DNA from: Prorocentrum cordatum
Taxonomy: Eukaryota
Reading direction: 5' to 3'
NCBI GenBank assembly: GCA_963575745.1
Contig: CAUYUJ010000259.1
Span: 558,001 to 622,000, forward strand
DNA length: 64,000 nucleotides
Below are positions 1-12,740 of this stretch, in pieces. The stretch's first letter is position 1; each line of letters begins with the position of its first letter. Both the position numbers and the translations under genes were made by a program. Under the pieces are notes generated by a model. The model made no database searches and was not told the DNA's origin. It worked only from the letters and a program-made list of their open reading frames with translations.

Positions 1-22
1 CGCAGGAGCCGTTGCAAGAACG

Positions 23-145
23 AGCAGGTTCGAACCACCAGCTTTCGATGGCGGCGGGGAGTCCGGATGCGCCGTCGGCGCAGCAGCTTCGAACCACCAG
101 CTTTCGATGGCGGCGGGGAGTTCGGATGCGCCGTCGACGCAGCAG
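23..145. repeat. Tandem repeat, ~60-bp unit x2
   Basis: ttcgaaccaccagctttcgatggcggcggggagt(c/t)cggatgcgccgtcg occurs at ~29 and ~88. Confidence 0.85.
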
Positions 146-1070
146 CTGGCGGCGCAAGATGGCGGCACACCCGCCGACTGTCAGCCGTTATGGAACACCG
201 CCGCCGCCCAGACGGCCTCGATCAGCAAGAGCCGCGCGCCGAAGAAGCAGAAGATGCATGAGCTGCCGATCGAGCTCGACTCCGACTCCGACTTCGTCGT
301 CGCCGTGACGCCGCCGCCCAAGGCTGAGAAGGTCGGCATCGCCGCAGGCTCTCTGAGGGGGACCCCGACGGAGGCGGCTTTGGCCACGGTCGCGGCCATG
401 GATTAGAGGACGAAGGCGGTCAAGACGAAAAAGAACGCCGAGGCGGTGGGGGCCCCCGCGCCTGCCACGGGCAATGCTGGTAAGAAGACGACGCCGCCTG
501 GCAAGGACAACGCGGCAAAGAAGACGACGCCGCCTGCCACGGGCAACGTGGCTAAGAAGAAGACACCGCTCCCCGCGGGCAAGAAGACGGACGGCGCGGC
601 TGAGAAGGACAAGAAGCGCAAGTGGGCGAAGCCGAGGTGGGAGATGCAGACCGCGCGCAACTTGGCGAGCGGGGTTGAACCTCTCACCGATGAGGCGTCG
701 GGCGCGTGCGGCGATTCCCAGCCGCTCCGCTGGGGTCGCAGCTTGCGCGCCCGCCGCCTTTCGGGCGACTGTTCATCGTTGCTCCGCCCCCCAGGGGCAG
801 TTCCGCAGCGGCAGGATCGGCGCCCCTGGCCGCAGCGTCAGCCTGAAGTACATCGCGGGCGACGAGGCCGACAAGGCCAGATTCTCACCGACGCCCTTCT
901 CGACGCCCTCCTCCACGCTCTCTTCATTTCCGCCCCTGCCTCGACGCCCCCTTCCAGCCCCTGCTGTCTCGTTGCGCTCGATCGCTCCGAGGCCAGGGCC
1001 ATTGCGGAGGCGGGGGAGCTGGTCAAGAAGGAGCTCGCCGCCAGGGCGCGCGGCGAGCAATTCGCGCAGC
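107..1070 (+). pseudogene. Lys/Ala/Pro-rich hypothetical protein with two GC-AG introns (665-794, 876-991) and an in-frame TAG at 404-406
   Basis: Splicing joins PRWEMQTARNL|GQFRSGRIGAPGRSVSLKYIAGDEADK|ARAIAEAGELVKKE in frame; the second intron is flanked by direct repeat AGGCCAG. 3' end uncertain. Confidence 0.55.
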
Positions 1071-1663
1071 GGTTCTTCGACTCCCCAGGCCAACGGGGCG
1101 GCCTCGGGAGAACGAAAAGCTCGTGGCGGATGCGCCGCCTCGTGGCGGATATGCCGCCTTGTAGCTCAGCCTTCTCACCTTCCAACTCGTGGCGGATATG
1201 CCGCCCCCGCCCCACCCCTTTGCGCTCCTCCGCCCTTCAGGCGGACATGCCGCCGCCCCCCTCCCCTACTCGGCCCACTCCGCGCCCCCGCGCCACGTCC
1301 CTGCGCCCCCCTCTCCGCTGTCAGGCACTGGATCCCACGCCAACTAACGTCGGGGAGACGCCCACTGCTCGAACGGCGAAGGCGTTCACCCAGAATGGCC
1401 TGGGCGCGCGCGAAGGTACTGACGTTGCCACCGCCCTTTTAACGACGAAAACAAGTGAACCAAGACCTGCACATTCAAAGGGACGTCGGTTCACTTATAT
1501 TTCTGGTGCCCAATGCCACCCTCACTCTGCCCCCTCCCCCGAGACCCCGTCGCAAGAACCAGCGGGGCCCTTCTGAGAGGCCCCCGAGGGCTCGAGGAGC
1601 TCCAAGACTTCAATGGGTCCATGGGCAACCCCCTCCCCCTCCTCCCGAAGTCTCGCTTCCGCG

Positions 1664-1685
1664 TCCGATTCCATTTCGGTTCAAG
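1664..1685 (+). other. Relic dinoflagellate spliced-leader-like sequence
   Basis: TCCGATTCCATTTCGGTTCAAG matches DCCGTAGCCATTTTGGCTCAAG at 17/22 positions, ~140 nt upstream of ATG 1824. Confidence 0.5.
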
Positions 1686-1823
1686 CCCGCGGCCCGCGGG
1701 TGCCCGCGAGCCCGCGCGGGGTCGGCCCCCCCCTTTCGCGCCGACGCGTGGGCTGGGGCCCGCGCGCCGAGGCTGCGCCGCAGCCACCGCGTCGCGCTCG
1801 GCGCCTCGCACTGCGGCCGCGGC

Positions 1824-2875
1824 CATGGCAGACAGCGGCAGCGCGTTCGACGCGTTGGAGGCAGCTGCATCGCCAAAACAAGTGGCCCCGCGTGCGGTCG
1901 CCAGGGACGCGCGCATCGCGCGCGAAACTGGCTGGCCGCTCTCGGTCGAACTGTTTTGGCGATTCGGCGCAGGAGATGTTCGGGCCAGCGATGCAGTTGC
2001 TCTCCGACCTTGCGGGCGTGGACAACAACGCAGGGGATCGGTCTTCCTCCGCCAGCGGCAGTCAGCCAGCCAGCGCGCCCACGTTGGCGGCGCAGCCAGC
2101 GCAATCGCGCAGCCCGCGGGCACCGAAGACGCCGCCGCGCAGGCGGGGGCCGACGTCGCCGCCGCGGGGCCCGCGGCAGCGGTGTTTCCGCGCCACCCCG
2201 CCCTCAGCTCTCGTGCCGGAGCTCGCGACGCACATGGGCCACGCGACGCCTGTGGTGGAGGGGCCCCCCGAGGCGGTGGAGACGCCTCCCAACGCGGTGG
2301 AGGCGTTCAGGACGCAGCTGCGAGCATGGCTGAGCGACCCCGTTGGGAATCCCATCGACTGGCGGTCGGAGAACGTGCTCGCCGTGCTCAAGGAGTACCG
2401 GATGAAGTACGGTTACAAGAAGTTCCGCGGCCGCGGCCCGCCTGGCCCCGCCATGGGCGGGCCGCAGACGTGGCAGGGCCAGGCGTGGCGCGCCAATGCG
2501 AAGCGCTGGGGGAACCGAGGTGGCGCAACGCGCGAGATGTTTCCGAAGCTACACGGCAGCAAGGCAGCGCCGCGGGTGCGCGAGGCGCGCGCCCCCAGGC
2601 CTCAGCTGACGCCGCGGGAGCCCAAGGCGCCGAACTTGCCCAAGGCGCAGTCTCAGCAGGCGCCGTGGAGGGCGCCTCCGCCGCGGAAGGCCACGGGGCC
2701 GCCGCCGCCGAAGACAAGCACGGGGCCGCCGACGACCATGCAGCCGCCAGCAGGGAAGGCCAGCATGGCGCAGCCGAGGGCAAGGAGTCGGCTGCAGCCG
2801 ACAAGCAAGATGGCACCACCGCCAGCGAAGCCGATGCCGACGCCTTCCGCGAACCGCCCAGATGTCTTCTTGTAG
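1824..2875 (+). CDS. Hypothetical Pro/Lys-rich protein with a Trp/Gly-rich RGP-GP-GGP-W-GQ-WR-RWGNRGG motif (probable frameshift near ~1930-1960)
   Basis: Coding-like codon usage; begins MADSGSAFDALE in one frame and continues in the frame of ORF 1613..2875. Confidence 0.55.
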
Positions 2876-3399
2876 GGTGATCGTGTGGACCTGCAGGCGG
2901 GCTGAGATGCATAGCTTCCGTAATTCGAGCGCGGATAGCTGACGCGCCGCCTCTCCCCGCTTCGTCTCAGCTCATCTCAGCTCTCCTCCCCTCTCTTCGT
3001 TGCCGATCTATCTCATTGGCGGGCGCGCCGCCTCTCCCCGCCTGGCGGGCAACCGCCGTGCAGATGAGCATCGGCGCACCGGGTTTGTTCTATGCGGTTG
3101 GAAAAGAAAACACACACACACACACACGCACACACCAGTCCTTCCCTGAGCCATCCATTGGCGGCTAAACCGCCCCGAAGCCTCCCTTGGCGGCCACGCC
3201 GCCCTAAGCCCTCCATTGGCGGCTAAACCGCCGCCGCCGCCGCCTGCCGTCATCCCGAAATTTGCGACGTCACCGCGCCTTTCACACAGTTTTTTTTTGT
3301 TGTTGGGACGCTGTATCGGCCCGAATCTAGGCGCGCACAGGCTCGCGGCCCAGCGGCTTTTGTGCTAGCCGCGGCTCGCGGCTCGGCGGCGTCGCTGCC

Positions 3400-4032
3400 A
3401 TGGCAGGCCAGCGGAGCATCATGTTCGGCTTCGAGTGCCCACAGAACAGCCTCTGCAAAGAGGGAGGCAAGTGGTTCCAGGGAGAGACAGAGGAGGTGGC
3501 CAGGGACATGCTTGTGAACCACCTTCGCGTGTCGCCGTACCACGACTTGAGCGGGAGCGACGCGGGGGCCGCGGCTCTCGGAGTCGACCCCGACATTTGG
3601 GAAGTCGACATCGCGGAGTGGCGCGCCTGGGAGGAGGAGAAGGCCAACTGGGGCGCCTCCAAAAGGCGCAAGGGGGCGCCGAAGGTCGAGCTGGCGTCAA
3701 CCCCTCCACAATCCCGCGCGGAGCGCTCGAACCAGCTGAAGGGCGCGTTCGCGGAGGGCAGCGGATCTTCAGGCGCCGCTTCGTCCGCAGCCACGGCGGG
3801 CATGAGGATGTCCACGGCGTTGGCCAGCCAGATGTCGCCCGATAGCATCGTGGTGCTCAACGGCACCCAGTGCCAGGCTGTGCTCGACTCGTTGCGCCGC
3901 GCGCGTACTGCGACGCAGATGTGCGCCCAGATAGCGGAGCGCGCGGTGAACGCTTTCCGCCAAGAGGAGGCTTGCATCGCCGAGTGCGAGGACGTGCTCG
4001 CGAGCTGGCTGGTGCGCAACGCGACCTCGTAG
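3400..4032 (+). CDS. Hypothetical protein (N-terminal C-x5-C...H-x5-H possible Zn site; helical C-terminus)
   Basis: Intact 210-aa ORF, gccATGG start context, strong GC3 bias. Confidence 0.7.
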   Translation: MAGQRSIMFGFECPQNSLCKEGGKWFQGETEEVARDMLVNHLRVSPYHDLSGSDAGAAALGVDPDIWEVDIAEWRAWEEEKANWGASKRRKGAPKVELASTPPQSRAERSNQLKGAFAEGSGSSGAASSAATAGMRMSTALASQMSPDSIVVLNGTQCQAVLDSLRRARTATQMCAQIAERAVNAFRQEEACIAECEDVLASWLVRNATS

Positions 4033-4711
4033 TGACCTCCTCGTGCGGCGCAGGTGCACGGCTGGCAGCACTGATGTCGCCTCAGCATCAGTAGCCTCAT
4101 TCGCGCAGGCGGCGCGACGCGTCGGCCCTATACGCCCCCCCTCCCACTCCTCCAACGTAATTTCAATCCACACCCCTGTGTCAGAACAAATTAGGACATC
4201 CCCAAACACTCCATCCGCACTCAATTCGTGAAGGCCGCCACGCCGAGGTCAGTTTTGGCCATGCAGGCGGCCGAGTAGCCGCCCCCCAATGCAAGGCGAT
4301 ATGGGGGCGAGTGGACGAACGGAGCGGGAGGGAAGGTGAGGGAACTTTGGCGGATAAGACAGGTGGGCGGGTGGATGGGATTTGGCAACGGGTTGGATGG
4401 AGAAAACTGCATCCGCATAAGAATGAGTGCGGCTATTTTTTGGATGCGCTGCATCGCCATGTCCCCCCCCCCCATCGCCTTGCATATGATGGCGCTCAGG
4501 CAGCGCGCCCCGTTCGCGCGCGCTCGCCCGTCTCGTCTTCGCTGCCGCTCAGGCAGCGCGCCTCGCTTCCGCGCTCGCCCGTCTCTTCGCTGCCGCTCAG
4601 GCAGCGGTTTGAAGCACGCGGCGCCTTCCGCGGTCGGTAGCGCCGGGCGCCGCTCCGCCCCTGCTGCTCCGCTAAACGAACTCGGCGGACGTGCCGCTAC
4701 GCCGCCGCTGG

Positions 4712-4875
4712 ATATTATCATACGTTGGATGTTATCATACGTTATCAGATGTCACCACGCGCCTGATAACACCTAATAGCACCTGATAACACTTGATCAC
4801 ATGTTATCAGGTGTTATCAGGTGTTATCATGGTGTTATCACACGCCTGATAACATATGAGAACATTTGATAACAT
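4712..4875. repeat. AT-rich array of TGTTATCA/TGATAACA motifs in both orientations
   Basis: About a dozen gttatca/tgataac-like copies forming nested palindromes. Confidence 0.8.
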
Positions 4876-5273
4876 GATGTCGGTTTTGTGTGGTTGGCAT
4901 GCTACGCACAATTCATTTCAGTATCCGTATCACCTCGTGCGTCCGCCACGCTTCGAGCGGCTGGTCCGCTGGCGGCCAATCCGCCTCCCTCGCCGCACCC
5001 CTGCGCCCACTTAAGCGGCGAGTCCGCTGGCGGATATGCCGCCCCCTCCATACCTCCCCCCACCTTTGAAGCGGCTAGTCCGCTGGCGGCTATCCCGCCT
5101 CACTTACCGCGCGTTCTCTTCTTATCGTTTCGCGTCCATCTCCTCTTGGCAACATTTCTCTCGGCAGCACGCGGCCGCGCGCGACGCGCGGCTTCTCGCG
5201 CGCCAAGGCGGTCACGCCGCCAGTGGCGGGGATGCCGCCCGCTGAACATCACCAGCAGCATTCTTTGGCACTG

Positions 5274-7195
5274 ATGTTCGCAACAGCCAGGCCGGAGAAA
5301 AAAAAGGGCGCGATGACCAAGGCGCCCGCAGCGAAGCCCCGTGGGAAAGCTATGCCATCGGGGATGCAGATGACACTGACTGGAAAGCCTGTGCCGCCGC
5401 TCGCATTGACCGATGCAGGGCCGCCGAAGGCACGCAGGAAAAGCAAAGGCAAGGGCAAAGGTAACCGCCCCGCAGCGTCGAGGAGGGCGGCTCGCAAAGC
5501 TGCGTCAGACGCAGCTCCCGCCGAGGAACTGCCTCCTCAGGGCGCAGCGGCTTCGCCACCAGAGCCGGGCGACGCAGCGTCAGAGGCGGCATCGGGCTCC
5601 GAGGAGCGCGGCGACGAGATTGGTTCCGAGCTCGGCGTCAAACAGGAGGAGCTTGAGAGTGCCAAGCGTGAGCTGCAGGAGCAAGAGGCTCCACCGCAGG
5701 GCGTGGTAGCAAAATTTGAGAGGCACTCGCCCGATGCAGCATATACGAATGAAGAGCGCTCGCCCGAGGCGGCAGCGCCGCAGGCGGGGGGGGGGGGAGG
5801 CAGCTCAGGACGAACAGTCGGAGGGTGATCCGCCAGCGGGCGCTCGCCAGGTAGGGGAGTTCGTGGAGGTGCATGGCATCGGGGATAGCATGGTGCGTTG
5901 CAACCGCTGCTGTCGCACGGCAAAGGAGTGCAACTACAGGATCAAAGCGAAGGGTCAGTCGACTTGCCAGTGCGACGCGTGCAACACGAACGGGGTGCGC
6001 CTTTCTCGGAGGTTCGGACAGTGGCCGCAAAAGTGTTACGCTAAAGTGAAGAGTGAGTTCAAGCAGAAGTTCTACAATGATCTGGCAGAATATCCTGGGC
6101 TGTCGAACCTCGATCGCATTGAAGCCTTCGTGGTCAGCTCAATCATTGTCCAATGGATGGAGGAGGGGCGCGTCCGCAAGGGCGGCAGGTACCTTCCGCT
6201 GAGGAAGTGGGCGCACGACGGCTTCGACGCGAAAAAGATCGAACATAATGCGCAGGATAAGAGGTGGAACCCTGATCTCGGGGAGTGGACGCACAGGCCG
6301 CAATTGGAGGCGGCCTGGAGCGAGACAGCGGAGGCCGCAGTGCGCAACGAGCTGCGCACCGATAAGAGGACGCAGGCGAAGCAGAGCGGCCCGCCGGCAG
6401 CGGCCTCGACGGGCGTCGCAGAGCACGGCGGCGACAAGGGCGTGAGAAGCGACGAGGGCGACATGTCCAGATCCAGGCGGCGCCGCAGGCGCAGGTCTGA
6501 CAGCCGCAGGAGGAGGGGGCGCGGCAGGAGCAGGCGCGACAGCAGGGGCAGGCGCGACAGCAGGAGCAGACGCCGCGACAGACGTCGCGACACCAACCGC
6601 GGCAGGAGCCGCTCGCGCGGCGACCGCGACAGGAGCAAGGGCCGCCGCAAGGGCAGGAGCAAGAGCCGCGGCAAGAGCAAGGACAGGAGCAAGAGCAGGC
6701 CGTTTGGGGCTTCAACGCAGGGGTGTCGCTTGGGCGTCACATTTGCGTTCGGCTTCCGTTCAACTCTTCAGGTTCGGATCGGGTTATTGATTTCGCCCGG
6801 CTCGAAGTGTTTCCATTTTCGGACAACCCCGAAGGCTCCGCAGGGATAAGGGCGCGGAGAAGGAGCGGAGGCGGCAGGAGGCGAAGGAGAATGCCGAGCA
6901 GGCCAAGAAGGAGACGCAGGAGAAGAACCTGGCGCTGAAGTGGATCGGCGCCGCAACGAGGCTCGGGACAAAGCTGGACGGGCACCTCGATCATGAGAAG
7001 GCGGACAAGGTGACGTCATGGGTTGTGAAGAACGCGAAGGCGGCGAGGAAGTCTGTGGCAGTCATGAAGGCGGTGGCGCAGAAGCGCGTGCACAGCGGCG
7101 TGGCGTTGACGATCACGCAGGACGAGGCCAACAGCACCCAGACGGATGCGAGCTCGGCGGCGAAGGCCATCGCGGGGATGCTCAAGGAGGCGTAG
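5274..7195 (+). CDS. Hypothetical protein: CxxC...CxxC zinc motif, GxWP and LPLxxWxxxGFD motifs, Arg/Ser-rich tract, helical C-terminus; one intron (6699-6843) and a probable poly-G frameshift at ~5790
   Basis: ORFs 5223..5828 and 5716..6849 switch frame at the G run; removing the GC-AG intron joins KSR|DKGAEKERRRQEAK to ORF 7010..7195. Confidence 0.65.
6699..6843 (+). other. GC-AG intron (145 nt) with complementary ends
   Basis: CAG|GCCGTTTGGGG ... CCCCGAAGGCTCCGCAG|G; removal restores the frame. Confidence 0.8.
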
Positions 7196-7739
7196 AAGCA
7201 CAGCAACTGATCGCCCCATGGTGGCCCAGTACCTCATGAAGTACGGCCTGAAAAAGGTGCCCTAGCAGGTGGAGTAGGACCCGAATAAGCCGCGGCCGCT
7301 GGGCCGCTCGTGAGCAGGGGCGGCAGTTGGGCCGCTCATGACGAGGGGTGTGCTGTCGTACATTCTGTCGTTGTTGGTGAAACAACATTTCTTCGTTGTC
7401 ATCGCCATCCCACCCGTTGCCACCGCAGCCCTTCGTTTGGCGGGGATGCAGCCTTTCCACTCTCGCAAGCCCTTGGCGGACATGCCGCCTTGCCTTCATT
7501 TGGCGGAGATGCCGCCTTTGCTGCTCATCGCGCTCCGATGCCTCACTTGGCGAGGCGAATCGCTTGCAGATCTCCCTCCTGTTCGAGCGCGTCCTGCTCG
7601 AGATCCTACCGCGCGAGCTGTGGCTCGCGGAGGCCAGCGACACCGTTGGGAATCCCATCGGTTGGCGGTCGGAGACGAAGCAGAGGCGACGCAGCTCCTG
7701 ACGACGAGCAGATGGCCACCTGATGTCTCGCCGCGTGAT

Positions 7740-8478
7740 TAAGAAGCCATCGGCCTCCCATAATTTGATCCAGAGTGTTAGGGGTAGCACAGAGCAATCG
7801 GCCCCCGCCGGCGACCTGGATATTCGCGGGTGAACGTTCTTGCTTCAGAGTTCATGGGGTCAAGATGGCCACCTGCACTTTTTGTTGAACGAGGTCTTCG
7901 GCGGCGCCCACATCATGGTGGATCGGAGCGATCAGCTTCTCGAGGCTCTGAGGAGCGAGAAGTTCGGCTGCCGAGTTCCACGGGACGCCGACCCGCTTCT
8001 TCGCACCCGCTACCAGGAGATCAGTGCACCCACCGTGGAAGAAAGAAGAAATGGCCCTGAGGCCCCATGGAACCTCAAGGCGTTTGTAATGACCTCATCG
8101 CTGACCTGCAGGTCAGCGAGGAGGTCATTACAAACGCCTTGGTGTTGGGGCGGCCTCCACAGTCGTTCATCAGGTCTGTATCTCTGTGCGGGATGGTTGA
8201 CGCAGCGGCTGCCGTAGCATTCTGCGGGCATCACACGCCGAAAGCGTTTGATCTCCACCATGGGCCGTTGCAGCTAGCTCAGCATCTAGCTCGCGTGGTT
8301 GGCGATGGAGGCGCGGCTGCATCATCGTCAGCGCCAGAGTCCAGGCCTGAGTAGGCTTCAGATGCGCAGCGAGGCTCGATACAGAGCCTGGCGGGTGTCT
8401 CGATCATGCCATCTCTCCCTCCCCTCTGCGTCCAACTTGCAGGCTCAGTTGCTGCGCTCACTTCGTTCCTCCGCAATC
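7740..8478 (+). pseudogene. Frameshifted hypothetical ORF
   Basis: Protein-like fragments in overlapping frames (IMVDRSDQLLEALRSEKF; MEPQGVCNDLIADLQVSEEVITNALV). Confidence 0.4.
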
Positions 8479-8479
8479 T

Positions 8480-9195
<716 letters not shown>

Positions 9196-9410
9196 ACTCC
9201 GCCAGCACCTCCAAGTTCTTCGGCGGCTATTCCGCCCCTCCCGACCCCTTCAGGCGGCTACGCCGCCATGCCCTTCGGCTGCCATTCCGCCAGGCGATCC
9301 ACTCCCGCCCTCACTTCCGTCTCTCTGATTGCATGCCGTTGTTTTTGTTAGCCGCGCTGGGCCTCGCGCAGCCCGCCGCCCCCCCCCCCCCGCGCGCGGG
9401 CGTCGGCGCA

Positions 9411-11800
9411 ATGGGGAAGCGCGCCTTGCAGGAGGAAACGCAGGTGGCAAAGCGGGCCCGCCTGCAAAAGTGCTTGGCCTTGCGCGGCGCCCCCGCGGCT
9501 CTGCTGCAGCGGATCGTGACTTCTCTTGGCGACGACGCGGGCGATGTAGACGTGAGCGCTCGGGCCACGCAGCGATCGCAGACGGCGTCCGTGGCCGATC
9601 TCATCAGCGCAGTGCGGCTGCAGCCCAAGATCGGCACGCCTTTCCGATGGAGCTTGGCGCTGCCGCATCGGCTGATGCCGAGGCTCCTGTCGGACTGCCC
9701 TCTCTGGAGTTTAATGTTTTGGGAAGCGATGCGCCGGTTCGCTGTGTCGCGCGATCGGCCGTGGAGGCTTTTGCTGTGCTACGACGACATTGGCGTGGGC
9801 AACGCCTTGAAGGTAGATAATCGTCGGAATCAGCTCGCGGTGTATGCGAGTTTCTTCGAGTTCGGATCCTTCTTGCAGAAGGAGGTTGCGTGGCTGCCGA
9901 TCGGCGCTATGCGCGTCGTCGTGAAAAGGAGCATCGGCGGCTCGGCCGCGGCGCGGGCATTGCTTCGTGCGCTGTTCCTGGGGCCAGAGAGTCTGTCGGA
10001 GCACGGCGCGCCAATCGGCGGCGTGCAATTTTTCGCCAAGTTCCACCGCTCGATTGCAGACGAGGCGGCTGGAAAAGAGACATTCTGCACCAAGGGCGCT
10101 GCAGGTCTGAGACCGTGCTTGCAATGCAAGAACGTTGTGCTGGATCAGGCGGAATGCCTTGCAGACTACGACGACGATGACTACCTCGTGCCTCTCTGGC
10201 GCGCTGACTCGTCGCGCTTTGACCCGCTGTCGTCAGACGAGTTTTTGCAGCAATATGACGATTTGGCGTCGCTGCGGGACACGACAACCAGAGCGAACAT
10301 CGAGAGACTGGAGCCAGGGAGGAAAACATTTCCATCGATCCCCTTCTGATGTTCCCCCCCCCATTCCCTTCTGATGTTCCGGCCCCCGAAGGAGACGGCA
10401 ATGGGCATCGCTCTGGATGACCGTTCTCTGGTGGCGTGCCAGGCGTTGCGGACGGCGGCGCCGCCGAGCACATACGCGAGGGACCCCATGCATGCCATGC
10501 TGGCCAGCGGCGGGACCTTGCAGGTCGAAATCTGTGCGCCCCTCAAGGCGGTGAGGGATGTCATTCCCGACGCGTGGGGAACGTGGCGGGATCGCTGCTC
10601 GGCGCGGCGGACTGGCAGACGCGGCTGGAAAACGCCAGCCCTTCTGTTCAGCGTGGCTCGGAAGAAAGCGACCTGCAAGACGTCGCACTTCGTGGGCAAG
10701 GCGTCGGATTATTTGGCCGTGTTCCCTTTGATTCGTCATTGGGTGCACGCAGAGCTGCGTCCCAGCGGCATGGCGGACGCTGCGGCGCGGTCGTTCGAGG
10801 CGATGGCGAAGTTGCTCGAATTGCACATGCAGGGCAAAAGGACATGCGGCCGCAGCTGAAACGCAAACGCTGGCCTGCGCGTTCGAGGATGCACCGCGTC
10901 GGCCCGCGCGCATCCTCGAGCGCTTAGGTGGCAGGCGGTTCGGCTACGTCCTGAGGATCGGCGCCGTGCCGAATTCGATAGCTGTCTGGAACAAGGCCGC
11001 TTCGATTTCCTTGGCGCTGCACAAAGCCGCGCACGGGCCAGCCCTGATCAAGCCGAAGCACCATTACTTGTGGCACGTCCCCGGCCAGCCTGCGGAGGAC
11101 GGCATCTGGTTGGACGCCTTCGTGCTCGAGCGGAAGCACAACCTGCTTCGGCCCAGGGCGCAGGAGATCGACAACCCTGCGAATTTCGAGCTGTCGGCCT
11201 TGACGGCGATGCTCGCCTGCTTCCTGGAGGAAGCGAAGGAGGCGCCGCGCTCCCGCGCCAAAGCGCGGCGCACGCCAGAGCTGGACAGTACGTTCGGGCA
11301 CTCGGGGCGCAACCTTGCACGCCCTTTTGTGGAGGGGGATGGGAGGGGAGAGGGGGAGGCGGTCTGCCGCCAAGGCGGCTTGCCGCCAGGAGGAGGAGGA
11401 GGGGGAGGAGGAGGAGGAGGAGGAGGATGGGGGAACCCCTCCGCAGGGCTGAAACGTGGACCAGCAGAGAGGAGTCGATCGACGGCCAGGACAGACGGCG
11501 CAACCAACCTTGGCATTTAGGGGTGCAAATGCGTGCGCCCCCCAAAAATCGAGGCGCCGCTGCCCTCCGGATTTTCTCTCGGGCGACGGCGAGGCGTGCA
11601 TCGTGCATTGCTGCGGGCAGGCTGGCGCCGCCAGCTACCTGCTGGTGGAGACCCTGGAATGGGCGCGCGCGCCATGCCCAGGCGCGCCCCTGCGGCGGCC
11701 GCGCGGCGACGTCGCCGTGATGCCCGCCGAGCTGATCCCGCCGGCCTGGGCGGCTTATCGGCGACTACAGGACGATGGCCATGTGCTCGCCCTCGCGTGA
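9411..11800 (+). pseudogene. DDE transposase, CACTA/Mirage/Plavaka-like, disrupted by insertions and frameshifts
   Basis: Ordered motifs LLLCYDD..GN.L..NRR..VYASF.E, IADE.A.K..KGAAG.RPC..CKNV, DPMH..G, KPKHH..H..Q..DG..LDAF..ERKH across ORFs 8406..10349, 10374..10859 and 10966..11520. Confidence 0.7.
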
Positions 11801-12549
11801 AAAAGAAAAACACGCGCGCATGCGAGAGCGGATATGCCGCTGGTGGATATGCCGCCCTTCGATTGAAAGGCGCAGGGGGGAGGGGCGGACGCGCCGCCGA
11901 AGAAGGAAGGCGGGCTCGAGGAGGGAAGGTGGCAGGAGGGAGTGGGGGCGGGCTGGCCGCCGACAACGAGGAGGGGAGAGGGGGGGCGGTGATGGCCGCC
12001 GAGGGGAGGCGGTTTGAAGAATAGGTTGACCCCCCCCCTCTACCTCCCCCCCCCCCCATCCGCGCCCCGCAGGCGCCCTGAGGGCGGCTCGGCGCGTCGA
12101 CCTGCGGCGCTTTGTCCTGGAAAACTGCCGTGGTGTAGTTGTTAAAAGCGTTGTTTTTTGCTGTTTTCCCGAAACATAGCAATATCAAGAAAAAATGAAA
12201 CACATAGAAAGTTATGCAAATTTCATGTTTAACGAATCGGACCGCCCACGTCGACTTAGCCGGCTTAGCTACTAAGTTGGATATGTTGAGGTGTACGTTT
12301 CGTTATATCTTGGCAGTGGTACCCGATAGCTCAGTTAATAATATGGATGGTTCTGTGAGTAGTATGTATGATATGTTGTTGAATATACTTATCTAACAAA
12401 GCGTCAAGTAGCTGAATGCTACGTTCGATATTTTATGTATGTTGAATATGTGAGATCAATTAGCACGAACCTACATACATCTTCGTTGAAACGAATTCAC
12501 CGGATATACAGCGCTCTTAGCGCACTTACACCCACCCGACGGTCAAAGC

Positions 12550-12740
12550 AATCAGTGCTTGCACTGAAAGGGGCCCTTGCGGAAATTGCAAGATTTGGCG
12601 AAAGTGTCCCGCCGATTTTGGTGGCCGACTGGGTTCCCAGGTTCCCTGGTCCGGGTTCCCGGGTTCCTGGTCATTGGTTCCGGGCCGATTTCGGTGGGTT
12701 CCCCGGCTCCCGGGTTCTTGGTCGGAGTCCCTATCGATCT
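12550..12740 (+). repeat. Dispersed ~190-bp repeat, copy 1 (copy 2 at 14842-15030)
   Basis: caatcagtgcttgcactgaa...ttcttggtcggagtc.tatcgatc shared by both copies. Confidence 0.85.
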
